Shown: positions 63,849-64,000 of the stretch, in pieces | How the letters are laid out: each line of letters opens with the position of its first letter | Position numbering within the stretch: the first letter of the stretch is position 1 | Virus record (IMG/VR): IMGVR_UViG_2880395615_000008 | Reading direction: 5' to 3' (one strand) | From: a virus | Lineage: Duplodnaviria > Heunggongvirae > Uroviricota > Caudoviricetes | DNA length: 64,000 nucleotides | Notes under the pieces: model-generated | Told to the model about the DNA's origin: nothing | Seen by the model: only the letters and a program-made list of their open reading frames with translations | The model's database searches: none | Program-made: the position numbers and the translations under genes

Positions 63849-64000
63849 ATGGCAGCAGTACAAATATCAGGCGTGCTGAAAGATGGTGCGGGAAAACCAA
63901 TACAGAACTGCACCATTCAACTGAAAGCCAGACGGACCAGCAGCACGGTGGTGGTGAACACGGTGGCCTCTGAAAATCCGGATGAAGCCGGTCGTTACAG
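63849..64000 (+). CDS. stf: Side tail fiber protein, 5' end (runs off window)
   Basis: MAAVQISGVLKDGAGKPIQNCTIQLKARRTSSTVVVNTVASENPDEAGRY; last about 100 nt identical to 13737-13830. Confidence 0.9.
   Translation, partial: MAAVQISGVLKDGAGKPIQNCTIQLKARRTSSTVVVNTVASENPDEAGRY

Overview
The window is almost entirely lambdoid prophage DNA of an Escherichia/Shigella-type genome (EHEC/EPEC-like, judging by the cargo). All calls come from reading the sequence and the ORF track against remembered protein families; nothing was searched or computed. Layout: (1) 1-742, nested IS fragments: IS30 inserted into an IS3-family element. (2) 868-15300, the tail module of a first prophage (major tail protein, G/GT chaperone with -1 frameshift, tape measure, M, L, K, I, J, lom disrupted by a complete IS3-family element with a 3-bp target duplication, collagen-like side tail fiber). 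(3) 15300-22350, an AT-rich cargo/junction region carrying type III secretion effector genes (nleH 303-aa form, nleF ending LQCG, a 135-aa effector-like fragment), a LuxR-like regulator, a lambda-type integrase remnant, an IS256-family transposase remnant and several direct repeats that look like recombination scars. (4) 22350-64000, a second, near-complete prophage: int/xis, large exonuclease-like gene, a Qin-like immunity/division-inhibition module (dicA-like repressor, ydfA-like, DicF sRNA, dicB, ydfD-like), YdaS/YdaT-like genes, replication initiator with internal iterons, DnaC-like loader, a block of uncharacterised small genes, hok toxin, YdfU-like, rusA, Q-like antiterminator with pR'/tR', adenine methyltransferase, NanS-p-like esterase, lysis cassette, cos, terminase, head genes, and a second tail module (Z, U, V, G/GT, H, M, L, K, I, J, lom, start of stf). 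The L-K-I-J 5' portions of the two tail modules are near-identical direct repeats about 51 kb apart. No rRNA, complete tRNA or CRISPR array was found. I did not find a clear-cut novel multi-gene system; the best candidates for something undescribed are the low-GC convergent ORF inside the dicA-dicF operon, the five-gene uncharacterised block at 31938-33773, and the cluster of small membrane peptides next to hok.
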